A DNA stretch of 64,000 nt, from the IMG/VR virus record IMGVR_UViG_3300005290_000006, positions 62,001 to 126,000 of that record. One strand, 5' to 3'. Shown piece by piece: positions 17,452 to 26,699 of this stretch. Source of the DNA: an uncultured virus (IMG/VR IMGVR_UViG_3300005290_000006). Taxonomy: Duplodnaviria; Heunggongvirae; Uroviricota; Caudoviricetes. Numbering within the stretch: the first letter of the stretch is position 1; the number at the start of each line of letters is the position of its first letter. Both the position numbers and the translations under genes were made by a program. Below the pieces are notes generated by a model. The model was not told where the DNA came from, did no database searches, and saw only the letters and a program-made list of their open reading frames with translations.

Positions 17452-18750
17452 TTATCCGCGAATTGCAGTTTGCAGGTCAAGACGAACAACCGTGCCGCCT
17501 GCGGTGTGAGCCGCCTTCATACGCGTCAACATGGACGTAGTAGGAATGAGCACCACCTCCGCACTGATACGAGTGCCGTACATACCCAGGCTTTCGCCAC
17601 AGCAGGTCTTACAGAAGTTACCGTCAGGCGTGGTGCAGTATTCAGTGACACGGATCTCGATGGTTTTACCCACTTGCTTCTCGAGACTTTCCGCGGTGAG
17701 CTGAACTGCTTTCCCAGCAACGATCTGCCAGCTACCAACCCAACCCTTCTTGTTCTTGTGCCCGATACGGATCATTTCACCTTTAGGACTACCGCAGTCC
17801 ACATCAGTCACACTCGAACGACCCACCAGACGCAGAGTCTCTTTTACCTGTGCGCCACCGTCACCCGTTGCCATCGAACGGGAGTAGGAGCCCGCCACCG
17901 CCGTGTTGATGTAGTCAACGATGTGTTTCGGATCCATACCGGTGTTCAGCGACTGAGGCAGCGCCACCCAACCCGTACCGTCCGCACTTGGCTCAATACC
18001 GAACGCCAGGAACATCCGCTTACGTGCCGTGTGGATAAACTTCTTGTTAATGAAGAAGTTCTTGCTTGGGCCTTTACGCTGGATGGCTTCGTCCATCTTC
18101 ACCGCTTGATCCACGATCTCAGTAAACACAACCGGATCGTTGAGCTTATCCTTGTGCAGTTCAAACTGATCTGCCAAGAACTTGGTGATCGATGGATCCA
18201 CGACCAAGATGTCCACGCCACCCGGCTTAATGAAGTGACTACCCAGGCCTTCCAGGAAGTTGCAGTTCTCGCTGAACTTCATGCAGTCGTCAACGCTTGC
18301 CTTGCCCTCAGGAACTTCTTCCCCTGGCAAAGGGTTGTCTACCATCAAACGACTCAGCAGGCCTTCAATGAGGGGCTTGGTGAACTCCTTATTGATGTAG
18401 TCCACTTTACCCTGGAACGGTTCCCAGAACAGGATCACATTAAACAGGAACAAACCGAAGGTGGTGGAGACGGGTGTGTTCTTCAGGCAGGGGTGGAAGT
18501 CACCTGGTAGATCCAGCTTGAGGTCCATGTGGAACATCGGGCTTTTAACGTCACCCTCCACTACAACTTGCCCGCCTTCTACCAGGGCGTGATACTTACC
18601 ACCCTCCACAAACACCGCGTAAGGAATCTTCTTGAATGCACCAGAGGAATCCTCGTCTTCGAACTGAATGGTGATCATGGATTGAAGCGCGGCCTTCAAC
18701 CCGTAACCCTTGTGATCAAAACAGTACTTGAGGAATTCGAGTTTAGTCAT
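17452..18750 (-). CDS. Virion RNA polymerase beta' subunit fragment (gp80-like)
   Basis: TTFGLFLFN (cf. TTVGRAIL), bridge-helix-like GSYSRSMATGDGGAQVK, Zn site DCGS..C..CKTCCG. Confidence 0.85.
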   Translation of the reverse strand: MTKLEFLKYCFDHKGYGLKAALQSMITIQFEDEDSSGAFKKIPYAVFVEGGKYHALVEGGQVVVEGDVKSPMFHMDLKLDLPGDFHPCLKNTPVSTTFGLFLFNVILFWEPFQGKVDYINKEFTKPLIEGLLSRLMVDNPLPGEEVPEGKASVDDCMKFSENCNFLEGLGSHFIKPGGVDILVVDPSITKFLADQFELHKDKLNDPVVFTEIVDQAVKMDEAIQRKGPSKNFFINKKFIHTARKRMFLAFGIEPSADGTGWVALPQSLNTGMDPKHIVDYINTAVAGSYSRSMATGDGGAQVKETLRLVGRSSVTDVDCGSPKGEMIRIGHKNKKGWVGSWQIVAGKAVQLTAESLEKQVGKTIEIRVTEYCTTPDGNFCKTCCGESLGMYGTRISAEVVLIPTTSMLTRMKAAHTAGGTVVRLDLQTAIRG

Positions 18751-19702
18751 CGGTGAGTACCAACCGGTTAATGAGTGTTTCGATGTCGACCATGGCTTTA
18801 TAGTCGGTGATCACACCACTGAGGTAAGAGATCAGGCGATCCTTGAGCACAGGGTTGTTGAGTTCACTGGCCAAGAAGATAGCCGTCACTTCTTTACCAA
18901 ACGCAACCAACTTCTCGGGCGTTGGTTCGTCGGTGTACTCCTCCAGCTCACGGCTGTAGAAGTTCAGGAAGCTTTGTACGGACCCACCGATCTGACCGTT
19001 GTTACGGATGTGGGTGTAGACCAGGGTACCGTCCAACAGTTCTTTGTTCTGAACGATACGGGTAATGATGTTCTGAGGCGGCATGTCAACCGCTTCTTCC
19101 TGCACCAGGGCGTCACGGATGGCTTTGAGCGTAACCTCGCTCACATCGTCTACCATGAGCTCGTAGACGTCGATATCGAAGTGGTCACCCTTATAACGCT
19201 GCATCAGCATCAGGTAACGTTCTTTCGGTGGGATGTCCGTGGACTCCAGCAGGCCGGCCAACCCAATCAGATCCTGGTAGTTCTGAAGGTCGTAGAACAA
19301 GTGGACCAACTGACAGAGTTGCATCAGCCGATCTTGGCTAACCTCATCCTCGTTCAGCGTAAAGCCCATTTTAACCAGCGTCTCGATTATATTGCCGGTT
19401 ATGATTTGAAACACCGAATTTTTCTTTTCCGGGATGTGGGTGTTCTCGTCGATCAGGATCTCAGTAATGAGGTTCGGAACCAGCGACCCCGAGCGACCCG
19501 TCAAGAAGTCTGGATCTTCCAGATCTTCGTTCTGCGTTTGTGCAGGATCACTGAGGAGAATTAAATTGAACCCCTCGGTCAATATTTTAGCTTGAGGCTC
19601 TGGAATAGAGTCCTTAAAGTCACTCCAGATTCCGCCCATGAGGGTGGCGGCTAGATCTTCATCCTCATGCATTACTACCGCTTCTTGGGTCTCAATGATC
19701 AT
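18743..19702 (-). CDS. Acidic conserved protein cotranscribed with vRNAP subunit (gp79 position)
   Basis: 319 aa; overlaps the start of the vRNAP gene. Confidence 0.7.
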   Translation of the reverse strand: MIIETQEAVVMHEDEDLAATLMGGIWSDFKDSIPEPQAKILTEGFNLILLSDPAQTQNEDLEDPDFLTGRSGSLVPNLITEILIDENTHIPEKKNSVFQIITGNIIETLVKMGFTLNEDEVSQDRLMQLCQLVHLFYDLQNYQDLIGLAGLLESTDIPPKERYLMLMQRYKGDHFDIDVYELMVDDVSEVTLKAIRDALVQEEAVDMPPQNIITRIVQNKELLDGTLVYTHIRNNGQIGGSVQSFLNFYSRELEEYTDEPTPEKLVAFGKEVTAIFLASELNNPVLKDRLISYLSGVITDYKAMVDIETLINRLVLTDD

Positions 19703-19745
19703 TGGGGCATTACCTGGCTGTCAATTAAAAAGGGAACATAGCATA

Positions 19746-20642
19746 ATGGCTACCAAAAACTCTTCGCTGCGTGCTAACAAACAAGTTAAACGCCAGAAAC
19801 GCGCCAAGCAAAAGCAGGCCGCTATCCGTAAGGAACAGGCCGTCACCAAACAGATGCTCGGTCGTAAGGCCATGGAAAAGGAGTTGTTCGGTAATGTCTC
19901 CGACAACGACATCCTGCAACAAGCTCACCGCCGTCTGAAGCAGCTGAAGAAGAAAGCTCGCCAGGGCAAGATCAGTCAGAAAGAATTCGAAGAGCAGATC
20001 GCTGGCCACGAAGAGATCACCAACACCGTCGTCATGCAGAACATCAACGACGTGATCCCGGCGCTGATCCGTGTGCACTCCGGCGTTGAAGTGTTCAGCC
20101 GCCTGGCCGCTGAAAAGCGCTTCGAAGTAACCGCCGAAGAAAACACCCTCATCAATACCCTCGATGAGCAGGTCGTTCACATCACCGAAGACATCTCGGC
20201 GATCGTATCGTTCGTGGAAGACAAGAAGGAGCCTGATGACTACATGGCGATCTTCATGCACTACACCGAACTGTTGGCACGTTGCTTCGAAGTGACCATG
20301 CCGGCGCTGATGCTCATGCTCGATGCGAAGAAGCCTGAGATCGACGCGTACGCCGACGAGCATCGCAACAAAGAACTGCCGGTGTTCGAATACATGCGCG
20401 GTCTGCATGAAGAACGTATGCGTGTTGTGGTTCCGATCTACCGCACCCGCACTTCGCCGATCGAAGGCATCGTTGAAGAAGCCAAGCACAGTTACACCCC
20501 GGAAAACCCAATGCCAAGCGATCCGATCATCGACAGCGATGTGGCAGAAGCGGTGCTGGCGGAAACCCCAAACCTGGAACAAGACGTCCTCGCCGGCGAC
20601 AGCGAACATCCTTTGTCCAGCGACGTCGTTTCTAACGTCTGA
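19746..20642 (+). CDS. Hypothetical protein with basic N-terminus and acidic C-terminus
   Basis: AAGGGA RBS before ATG 19746; strong codon bias. Confidence 0.75.
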   Translation: MATKNSSLRANKQVKRQKRAKQKQAAIRKEQAVTKQMLGRKAMEKELFGNVSDNDILQQAHRRLKQLKKKARQGKISQKEFEEQIAGHEEITNTVVMQNINDVIPALIRVHSGVEVFSRLAAEKRFEVTAEENTLINTLDEQVVHITEDISAIVSFVEDKKEPDDYMAIFMHYTELLARCFEVTMPALMLMLDAKKPEIDAYADEHRNKELPVFEYMRGLHEERMRVVVPIYRTRTSPIEGIVEEAKHSYTPENPMPSDPIIDSDVAEAVLAETPNLEQDVLAGDSEHPLSSDVVSNV

Positions 20643-20669
20643 AATCCCTCTGTTAAGGAAAGGTAATCC

Positions 20670-22385
20670 ATGAGCGAACAAGAGAATACGCCCGCCGGTA
20701 CCACTGGTGAACCGGGGGCTACCTCTGCTCCAGTAACCCCGTCTGCACCGGTTGTGGAAGCAGCCTTTGCCGACAAACACACCGCTTTGAACACCCCCAT
20801 GAAGAAGATTCTTCCTTCGGTCTCGGAACTCATTCGTCCGGGTACTGAAGAAGACCGCGGCAATGGTTACCTGCCAATCTTCCTGGGTAACACGCCGTCG
20901 ACTCATAAGGCGGCAAATGACCTGCTGTCCAAGTGGCTGCAACTCACCGCCATGAAGAGCCTGTTGGAAGAAGGCCGGGCTACTGACTCGATGTTCGCTT
21001 CTACCAAGAACGAATGGGACCAGCACATCGCCGCCAACTTCCCTGGCAAGACCTCGGCCGAAATGGAATCGATGAGTGGTGATCTTTACCGCTTCATGGA
21101 AGAGTACGTCGACAACATCAAGATCCGTTCCAAGGTCATGAATGAAGACGGCGTCACTAACGTCCATGACCGTGGCAGCGACATCATCGGTGGTGACATC
21201 ACCGGTAAGAAACCTTCGCGTTCCACCAAGGGTTTCAGTGTCTCTGAGATCATGCGTCGTTCGGCCATGCGTGCTGAAGACGGTGAGTTCCAGTTCGACG
21301 TGCTGCTCCGTGACTCGTTCTGCATGCTGACGTTCACTCGTCCAAGCAAGCTGGACCTGGCTGGCCTGGTCAACGACATCAACCGTACTGTGCGTGGTTA
21401 CGTGCGTACCGTCGGTGGCAACAGCATTACCCTGGCGTACATCGCCGGCATGCGTGTGGTCTGGGACTTCCTGTCTCAGCGCATCGTGAGCAGCAGTGTT
21501 ACCGGCATCAGCGACTTCAAGGATCTGGTGAAGGTTATCCGGATCACTGACTTCGGTACCATCTGCATGGCGTTGATCCGCGCTACGCACAACAACGGCA
21601 TCAACCTGGAACTGCGCTGCTTGAACAACAAGTGCGACTGGTCTGACTTCCAGGTGGCTGACCCGGACAAGATGGTGCGTGTGCGTCACTCCATCGAAAC
21701 CGAAGCAGAGTCGGCGATCTACGCCAACATCTACAACGGCAACGAGAAGTACAGCATCACCGAAACCCTGAAGATGATCGGTGAATCGAAGTACGGCCTG
21801 GAAACCGATCGGGTTTACAACGCCGACAAGTCGATCTACTTCAAGGTGGCGCCGTGCTCCATGGCCGAAGCTTTCGAAACGTTCGACTTCTACGCCGGCC
21901 GCGTCAACCCGCAGCTGCAAGAAATCCGCTCCAAGGTGACCGATCCAAAGGAATACGAATCTCAGGTTGCGATTCTGCTGACCACCCTGGGTTCGACCGA
22001 GTTCCTGCACTGGATCGCCAGCTACGTGTCGGTTGCCCCGCCTAACACCGACGGCGAAGACATCGTGCTGAACCGTGCTGAGTGCGAAGCCGGTGAGTTC
22101 AACAAGGGTGCGATGGAAGTGATCCTGGACAGCAAGGTGTTGAACAAAACGCTGTCCTCGTTCATCCTAAACAAAACGCCATTCATGTCGCGTACTTTCG
22201 TTGGGGTGGCTAACTACCAGTGCCCTAAATGTAAAGAGCGCATGGAATCGTTCCACGACGAAGATCGCAAGATGGGTTACACCCCTATCGACCCGTTCAT
22301 GGCTTTTTTTACCCTCACCCAGTTGAAGCTGATGACTCAAGCGGCGGAAGCGGCCGAAGCAACCCAAGAAGCCATCTCGAACTAG
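20670..22385 (+). CDS. Tail assembly chaperone / T4 gp26-gp51-like Zn protein (short product)
   Basis: D..TICMALIRAT..INLELRCLNNKC and YQCPKC Zn motifs resemble the T4 gp26/gp51 family; ends near PFMAFF on a T7 slippery run. Confidence 0.6.
   Translation: MSEQENTPAGTTGEPGATSAPVTPSAPVVEAAFADKHTALNTPMKKILPSVSELIRPGTEEDRGNGYLPIFLGNTPSTHKAANDLLSKWLQLTAMKSLLEEGRATDSMFASTKNEWDQHIAANFPGKTSAEMESMSGDLYRFMEEYVDNIKIRSKVMNEDGVTNVHDRGSDIIGGDITGKKPSRSTKGFSVSEIMRRSAMRAEDGEFQFDVLLRDSFCMLTFTRPSKLDLAGLVNDINRTVRGYVRTVGGNSITLAYIAGMRVVWDFLSQRIVSSSVTGISDFKDLVKVIRITDFGTICMALIRATHNNGINLELRCLNNKCDWSDFQVADPDKMVRVRHSIETEAESAIYANIYNGNEKYSITETLKMIGESKYGLETDRVYNADKSIYFKVAPCSMAEAFETFDFYAGRVNPQLQEIRSKVTDPKEYESQVAILLTTLGSTEFLHWIASYVSVAPPNTDGEDIVLNRAECEAGEFNKGAMEVILDSKVLNKTLSSFILNKTPFMSRTFVGVANYQCPKCKERMESFHDEDRKMGYTPIDPFMAFFTLTQLKLMTQAAEAAEATQEAISN
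22304..22310 (+). other. Putative -1 ribosomal frameshift site T TTT TTT
   Basis: In-frame X XXY YYZ heptamer; -1 frame is stop-free from 22235 to 22828. Confidence 0.75.
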
Positions 22386-22828
22386 AATTCGAGCGACGCT
22401 TCAGCGGGGAGTATCGTACAGTAGTTACTAACCTGTTAGGTGTCACGTTAAAGGGTGCAGACCCAGACGCGATGGCCTTTCAGGAAAGTATGCTGCACGA
22501 CTTCAACATGGGGTATTACGACCGTTCCACCATGAGTCCTCATTCCTCTGTTGCGTTTATCAAAATGGAGAATGGGTTCGTCCACCCGTGGTCAATCAAA
22601 CATATTGGCAACCAATATGGCTACGGGAAAATGAAGGAGTTAATCCCCCTCAGAGACTACTTAACGCTTCCTGCCTTTTTGGTAGACGACTTGGTGGCCG
22701 GTATCACTGAAGGTGAAGCGCTTCGGACTAAGCAAGACACTCCGAAAACTGACGACACACCTCTCTCCAAAGAGGACCGTGCGTTGTTGGAACTGGCTAA
22801 GAAAGCAGGGCTCGGAAAACTGCCGTAA
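22310..22828 (+). CDS. Frameshift extension of the tail chaperone (includes track ORF 22472..22828)
   Basis: -1 frame reads YPHPVEADDSSGG..ELEFERRFSGEYRTVVTNLLGVTLKGADPDAMAFQE..; only a weak RBS at ATG 22472. Confidence 0.7.
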   Translation, partial: YPHPVEADDSSGGSGRSNPRSHLELEFERRFSGEYRTVVTNLLGVTLKGADPDAMAFQESMLHDFNMGYYDRSTMSPHSSVAFIKMENGFVHPWSIKHIGNQYGYGKMKELIPLRDYLTLPAFLVDDLVAGITEGEALRTKQDTPKTDDTPLSKEDRALLELAKKAGLGKLP

Positions 22829-22840
22829 ACCCATCATCGG

Positions 22841-22871
22841 ATGTCTCCAGGGGCCTAGCCCCTGGGGATAT
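22841..22871 (+). terminator. Stem-loop
   Basis: atgtctccaggggc-cta-gcccctggggatat. Confidence 0.65.
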
Positions 22872-22927
22872 CTTATGACATCACGTCTTTATTTTCGCTT
22901 CATCACTCAGACGAAAGGGCCCTTTCA

Positions 22928-23590
22928 ATGAGCACTACTAATACGCAAGACTCCAAAGATTATACCCCACCTGCCGTTGAAGAGGTTGCACCGGTTTCCG
23001 AGAAGGGCGGCGCTGCTCCTGTTGCAACCGTTCAATCGAAACAAACCCCTGCCCCGGCTAAAGTCGAAGTCGCCCCAGCCAAGATCGCTGAGCCTACCCT
23101 GGTTCCGCTGCCGGCTGTGATTGGTGTGAACAAGATCCTCAATGCCAAAGGCACTGTGGTGACTGACATCATGATCAAGCGCATCGACAAGCACCTGGAA
23201 TACCTCAACGGTACGGTCGGCTTCAAAGACACCGAAGAGCGTGACGAAGAGCAGGTCAGCTTCATCGAAACCATCGGCAACTCGCTCAAGATGGACTTCG
23301 ACGGTTACGTGGTCTTCACCGACTACCTGCTGACCAAGATCCGCGACAACCAGAAAGTCTTCACCGACGGCCTGGCGTTCCGTTTCTGCGCCGAGCTGAA
23401 GAAAGGTTCGTACACCGAAGCGGTCAAGAACTACCAGGCGTACATCGAGTTCCTCACCAAGATCGCGATCAACTGGAACGTTCGTTACAAGCTGAAGAAG
23501 CTCGTCGACACCGCCTACGTGATCCAACCCCTGAATCAGAAGGGCAAGGAAAACGTCACCCAGTATTTCAACAAGCTGGCCAGCGTTTAA
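22928..23590 (+). CDS. Hypothetical protein with Pro/Ala-rich N-terminus
   Basis: 220 aa with strong codon bias. Confidence 0.75.
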   Translation: MSTTNTQDSKDYTPPAVEEVAPVSEKGGAAPVATVQSKQTPAPAKVEVAPAKIAEPTLVPLPAVIGVNKILNAKGTVVTDIMIKRIDKHLEYLNGTVGFKDTEERDEEQVSFIETIGNSLKMDFDGYVVFTDYLLTKIRDNQKVFTDGLAFRFCAELKKGSYTEAVKNYQAYIEFLTKIAINWNVRYKLKKLVDTAYVIQPLNQKGKENVTQYFNKLASV

Positions 23591-23634
23591 GCCAGTAACC
23601 CCTCCACCCCTCAAGTAGAAGTAAGGAAGCAGGT

Positions 23635-24732
23635 ATGGAACCTCTTGCTATTCTTGAAAACGACGATGACGACGCGTCGATTCAAGATACACCCCACGTC
23701 GAGATCATGTTCGAAGCCCTGAATGACACCATCGAAGGTGTTTCAGGCACTGAAGGTTTTAACCTGACTGAAGCTCAGGTTTATGCGCAAGGCGTGCTGA
23801 TGGCAAGCGGCGTTCTTCGCAGTACCGCTGTCGAGGGTAACGAGGGTTTCTTCAGCTCCATCGGCAGCGGCGCCAAGTCCATCTACGAGTACGTCGTCAA
23901 GATGTTCAAGTCGGTGTGGGGGTTCTTCTTCAACCGTGACGCGACCAAGGCTGCGGAAGAAGCCAAGGCAGAAGTCAAGGTTGAAAAACAGAAGATCGAA
24001 GTGTTCGAGCGATCTTCTGATCCGGAAGCAGTGGCCTACGCTGAAAAGGCCATGAAGTACATCCAGGCGCGTGTCAAGAAGGCGAATGGTGTTGTGGACG
24101 AGGATACCATTGATCTCGACAACGACACCATGGAAGACATCAAGCGCAAGCTGGAAGGCGATTCTTCTCAGAAGAAAGCCGGCGTTGTGAAGCTGATGGA
24201 CCTCATGCCAAAGGTTAACAAGAACGCTCAGAAGAAGTTCAAGCAGAAAGCTGAAGCGGTGGTCAACGTCAACAAGGCCTTCGTTGCGATGATCGATCAG
24301 ATCTCCAAGCGTCAGCCTGGTGAATCCAAGGTCCGGAGCGATTCCAAAGCCGGTGCCCTCGCTAACAAGCTGGCCACTGAAACTCGCGCCTATGAGCCGA
24401 TCGTCACCAAGAACATTGCCAACCTCATCAAGCATGAGGAAGTCAAGGACAAGGCCGACGCGAAGCGCATTCTGGACGAGATCACCCACGACATCGAAGC
24501 CGGTGAAAAGATCGCCAAGAACATGAAATCGCACACCAGCGAAATCAGTTCCGAAATCAACGCGATGGAAAAGCTGATGTCGGCCGGGCCTCTGACTCCT
24601 GAAGCCAAGTCCGACCTGGACGCACTGCGTTCGGTATTGAGCCGCGGTACCACCATCGCTCAGTACCTGAAGCGTGTTACCGATGCACAAACCGCCATGG
24701 CCCGATCTGTAACGGCTGTGTTCGGCGTTTAA
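23635..24732 (+). CDS. Internal head protein (phiKZ internal-protein paralog type)
   Basis: Acidic propeptide, SGTE/EGNE sites, then amphipathic helix GFFSSIGSGAKSIYEYVVKMFKSVWGFF. Confidence 0.7.
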   Translation: MEPLAILENDDDDASIQDTPHVEIMFEALNDTIEGVSGTEGFNLTEAQVYAQGVLMASGVLRSTAVEGNEGFFSSIGSGAKSIYEYVVKMFKSVWGFFFNRDATKAAEEAKAEVKVEKQKIEVFERSSDPEAVAYAEKAMKYIQARVKKANGVVDEDTIDLDNDTMEDIKRKLEGDSSQKKAGVVKLMDLMPKVNKNAQKKFKQKAEAVVNVNKAFVAMIDQISKRQPGESKVRSDSKAGALANKLATETRAYEPIVTKNIANLIKHEEVKDKADAKRILDEITHDIEAGEKIAKNMKSHTSEISSEINAMEKLMSAGPLTPEAKSDLDALRSVLSRGTTIAQYLKRVTDAQTAMARSVTAVFGV

Positions 24733-24746
24733 GCGTCAACCGTGAA

Positions 24747-24790
24747 TAACCCTAACCCATTCCCTTTGTCGGGGAATGGGTTAGGGTTTA
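24747..24790. terminator. Long stem-loop between convergent genes
   Basis: aaccctaacccattccc..gggaatgggttagggtt. Confidence 0.8.
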
Positions 24791-24797
24791 TGGTTGC

Positions 24798-26621
24798 TTA
24801 CGCAGCTTCTTTCATTTCTTCTGGTGTAACGGTTGGTGTACTTTGTGCTCTGCTGTCACGCAGTTTCTTCAGCTCATCTTCAAAGCCCATTTCGCTCAAG
24901 GCTTTCTCGAAGACTTCTTGCAGCGCAGCAGGTTGTGGGAAGCGGAACAGGTCATGGCACAACCCAAACGCATTCGCCTGTGTACTGCTGGCATAGTTCA
25001 CGGCAATCTCCCGGAACTTCATTGGATCCGCCCCTTGGATCCCCCAGACCTCTGCCATGGTCGTTTTACCACCTGCGTTGAGTGCGAGTGTAGCTGTTGG
25101 ATACGCACCCTCTACGTCGATGTCAGAGGTATCAGTCCGTCCGTTACTGTAGACGTCATCCAGACCGTTAAACAGCAGTTTACCCAGGGGAGCATTCTTC
25201 TCTGTATCGAGCAGCGCAATCCAATCACCCAGAGTAGGCAGTCTCTCAGAGAACGTCTTATCCCGGTTGCTTGGAGTAGAACCCCAGACGTAACCACGCT
25301 CACGCGCCATGAAGGACAAGGTGTCCGAGATCATGCTTGGCTGAGAGACGTAGTTGAAGTATTCCGAGTATTTCAACAACATCGGCAACGAGAGACTGAA
25401 GTCACTGGTCTTCTCGTTAATCTCTTCAATTACGAAGTTGTCGCAGATGTTGTACATGGAGTACAGGTATGGGTGATACTTCTGCATGTAACGGTGCCAC
25501 TGAGGAGAGCCTACACCATGTTCGTGGCCTTCTTCGGTGTACAACTTACCCGGTACATCCTCTTTGCTCGCAATGCCTTGCAGAGAGGTGTCCTGGAGCT
25601 TCCCTTCAACCGGCTGACGCTTGATCGCGTAGAACGAACCCGCATCGGCAAACTGGAAGGTGGCCATGGTGCGAATCGTTGGGAAACGCTCTTGCCATTC
25701 CAACGGCATCTTCGTGCCATCTTCTTTATGCTTGTGCGTACGACCCGGGTGGTACTTGTACGACTTGTACTCGCGAGGAATGCGTGGATCCGAATACACT
25801 TCCGCCAAGTTAAAGCCGTCAGCCAACAACGCCTTCTCGTTCGCTTCCATATCGTAAGCGGCGTTCCAAGCGGCTACCCAATCAGGTTCCCACTCGTGCA
25901 TTTTCTGGATACAGGCATTAACCACCTGACCCGGGGTATCAAACAACTGATACTCGATCTTGCACTTACGACGCTTGACGTGCTCACCGAGGTACTTGGA
26001 CTCGGCTTCACGCAGTTGCTGGATGATCTCGTGGTCTTCAAGATGTTTACCAGCTTTCTCGGAATACCACGTACGAACCGCTGCGAAGTAAGCCCTGGTC
26101 TTGAAGGTCACCGATGCCATCATGATCGGCACGCCCTTCTTGAACATGTCACCCTCAACGTCATAAGCCGCTAAGGTGTACGCCTCGGTTTCCTGATGAA
26201 TACCGTACCGTTCAAAGTACTTACGCTTGAAATGAACCGGAGGGGTTTGATCCAAACCAAACACATGGGGGTTGTTCTTGGCCTGACGCAAATCAAACGA
26301 ACTGTCGTTACGGCCGTAAAGGAACTTGTTAACCGCAGCTGCCAACTGACACCGAGGAACCTTGTACTCTTTGCACATGCTCTCTTCAATGTAGTCTTTG
26401 TGCTGCTTGAACTTACGCTTATCTTCTTTAACAATCCAGATAGGCTGCTTGTAGTTCTCCAGCGCTACCAGGGAATTTGAACGTGTGCCATCCTCGTGGA
26501 TGTTGGTGATCTTGGCGCACAGCAGATCTTTACTCTTGTCAAAACGGTTAATCGACTGAGCGGCATGTTTGCACACTTTGGCAATTATGGGGGAGACGTT
26601 AGGTAAGGTTGATTGTTCCAT
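24798..26621 (-). CDS. Family-B DNA polymerase part with 3'-5' exonuclease (gp82-like, split polymerase)
   Basis: ExoI YDVEGD, ExoII WNAAYD, ExoIII YNICD, motif-A-like DIDVEGAYP; no DTD motif C. Confidence 0.8.
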   Translation of the reverse strand: MEQSTLPNVSPIIAKVCKHAAQSINRFDKSKDLLCAKITNIHEDGTRSNSLVALENYKQPIWIVKEDKRKFKQHKDYIEESMCKEYKVPRCQLAAAVNKFLYGRNDSSFDLRQAKNNPHVFGLDQTPPVHFKRKYFERYGIHQETEAYTLAAYDVEGDMFKKGVPIMMASVTFKTRAYFAAVRTWYSEKAGKHLEDHEIIQQLREAESKYLGEHVKRRKCKIEYQLFDTPGQVVNACIQKMHEWEPDWVAAWNAAYDMEANEKALLADGFNLAEVYSDPRIPREYKSYKYHPGRTHKHKEDGTKMPLEWQERFPTIRTMATFQFADAGSFYAIKRQPVEGKLQDTSLQGIASKEDVPGKLYTEEGHEHGVGSPQWHRYMQKYHPYLYSMYNICDNFVIEEINEKTSDFSLSLPMLLKYSEYFNYVSQPSMISDTLSFMARERGYVWGSTPSNRDKTFSERLPTLGDWIALLDTEKNAPLGKLLFNGLDDVYSNGRTDTSDIDVEGAYPTATLALNAGGKTTMAEVWGIQGADPMKFREIAVNYASSTQANAFGLCHDLFRFPQPAALQEVFEKALSEMGFEDELKKLRDSRAQSTPTVTPEEMKEAA

Positions 26622-26699
26622 GGAGTACCCTGCATTTTATGCCTGCTTTTGACACTATATTAATAGGGTCTACGTATCAACTTAAAGGAGTTCCCGCGC

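Noticed and set aside
19725..22010. Long antisense ORFs (also 52581-54812, 34978-36741, 28417-30027, 5814-7325 and others)
   Set aside because: Shadows of strongly codon-biased sense genes; no RBS, no motifs, and V/H/D/Q-rich mirror composition.
22472..22828. Independent 118-aa gene
   Set aside because: Weak RBS and an open frame back past the slippery site favour a frameshift extension; not fully excluded.
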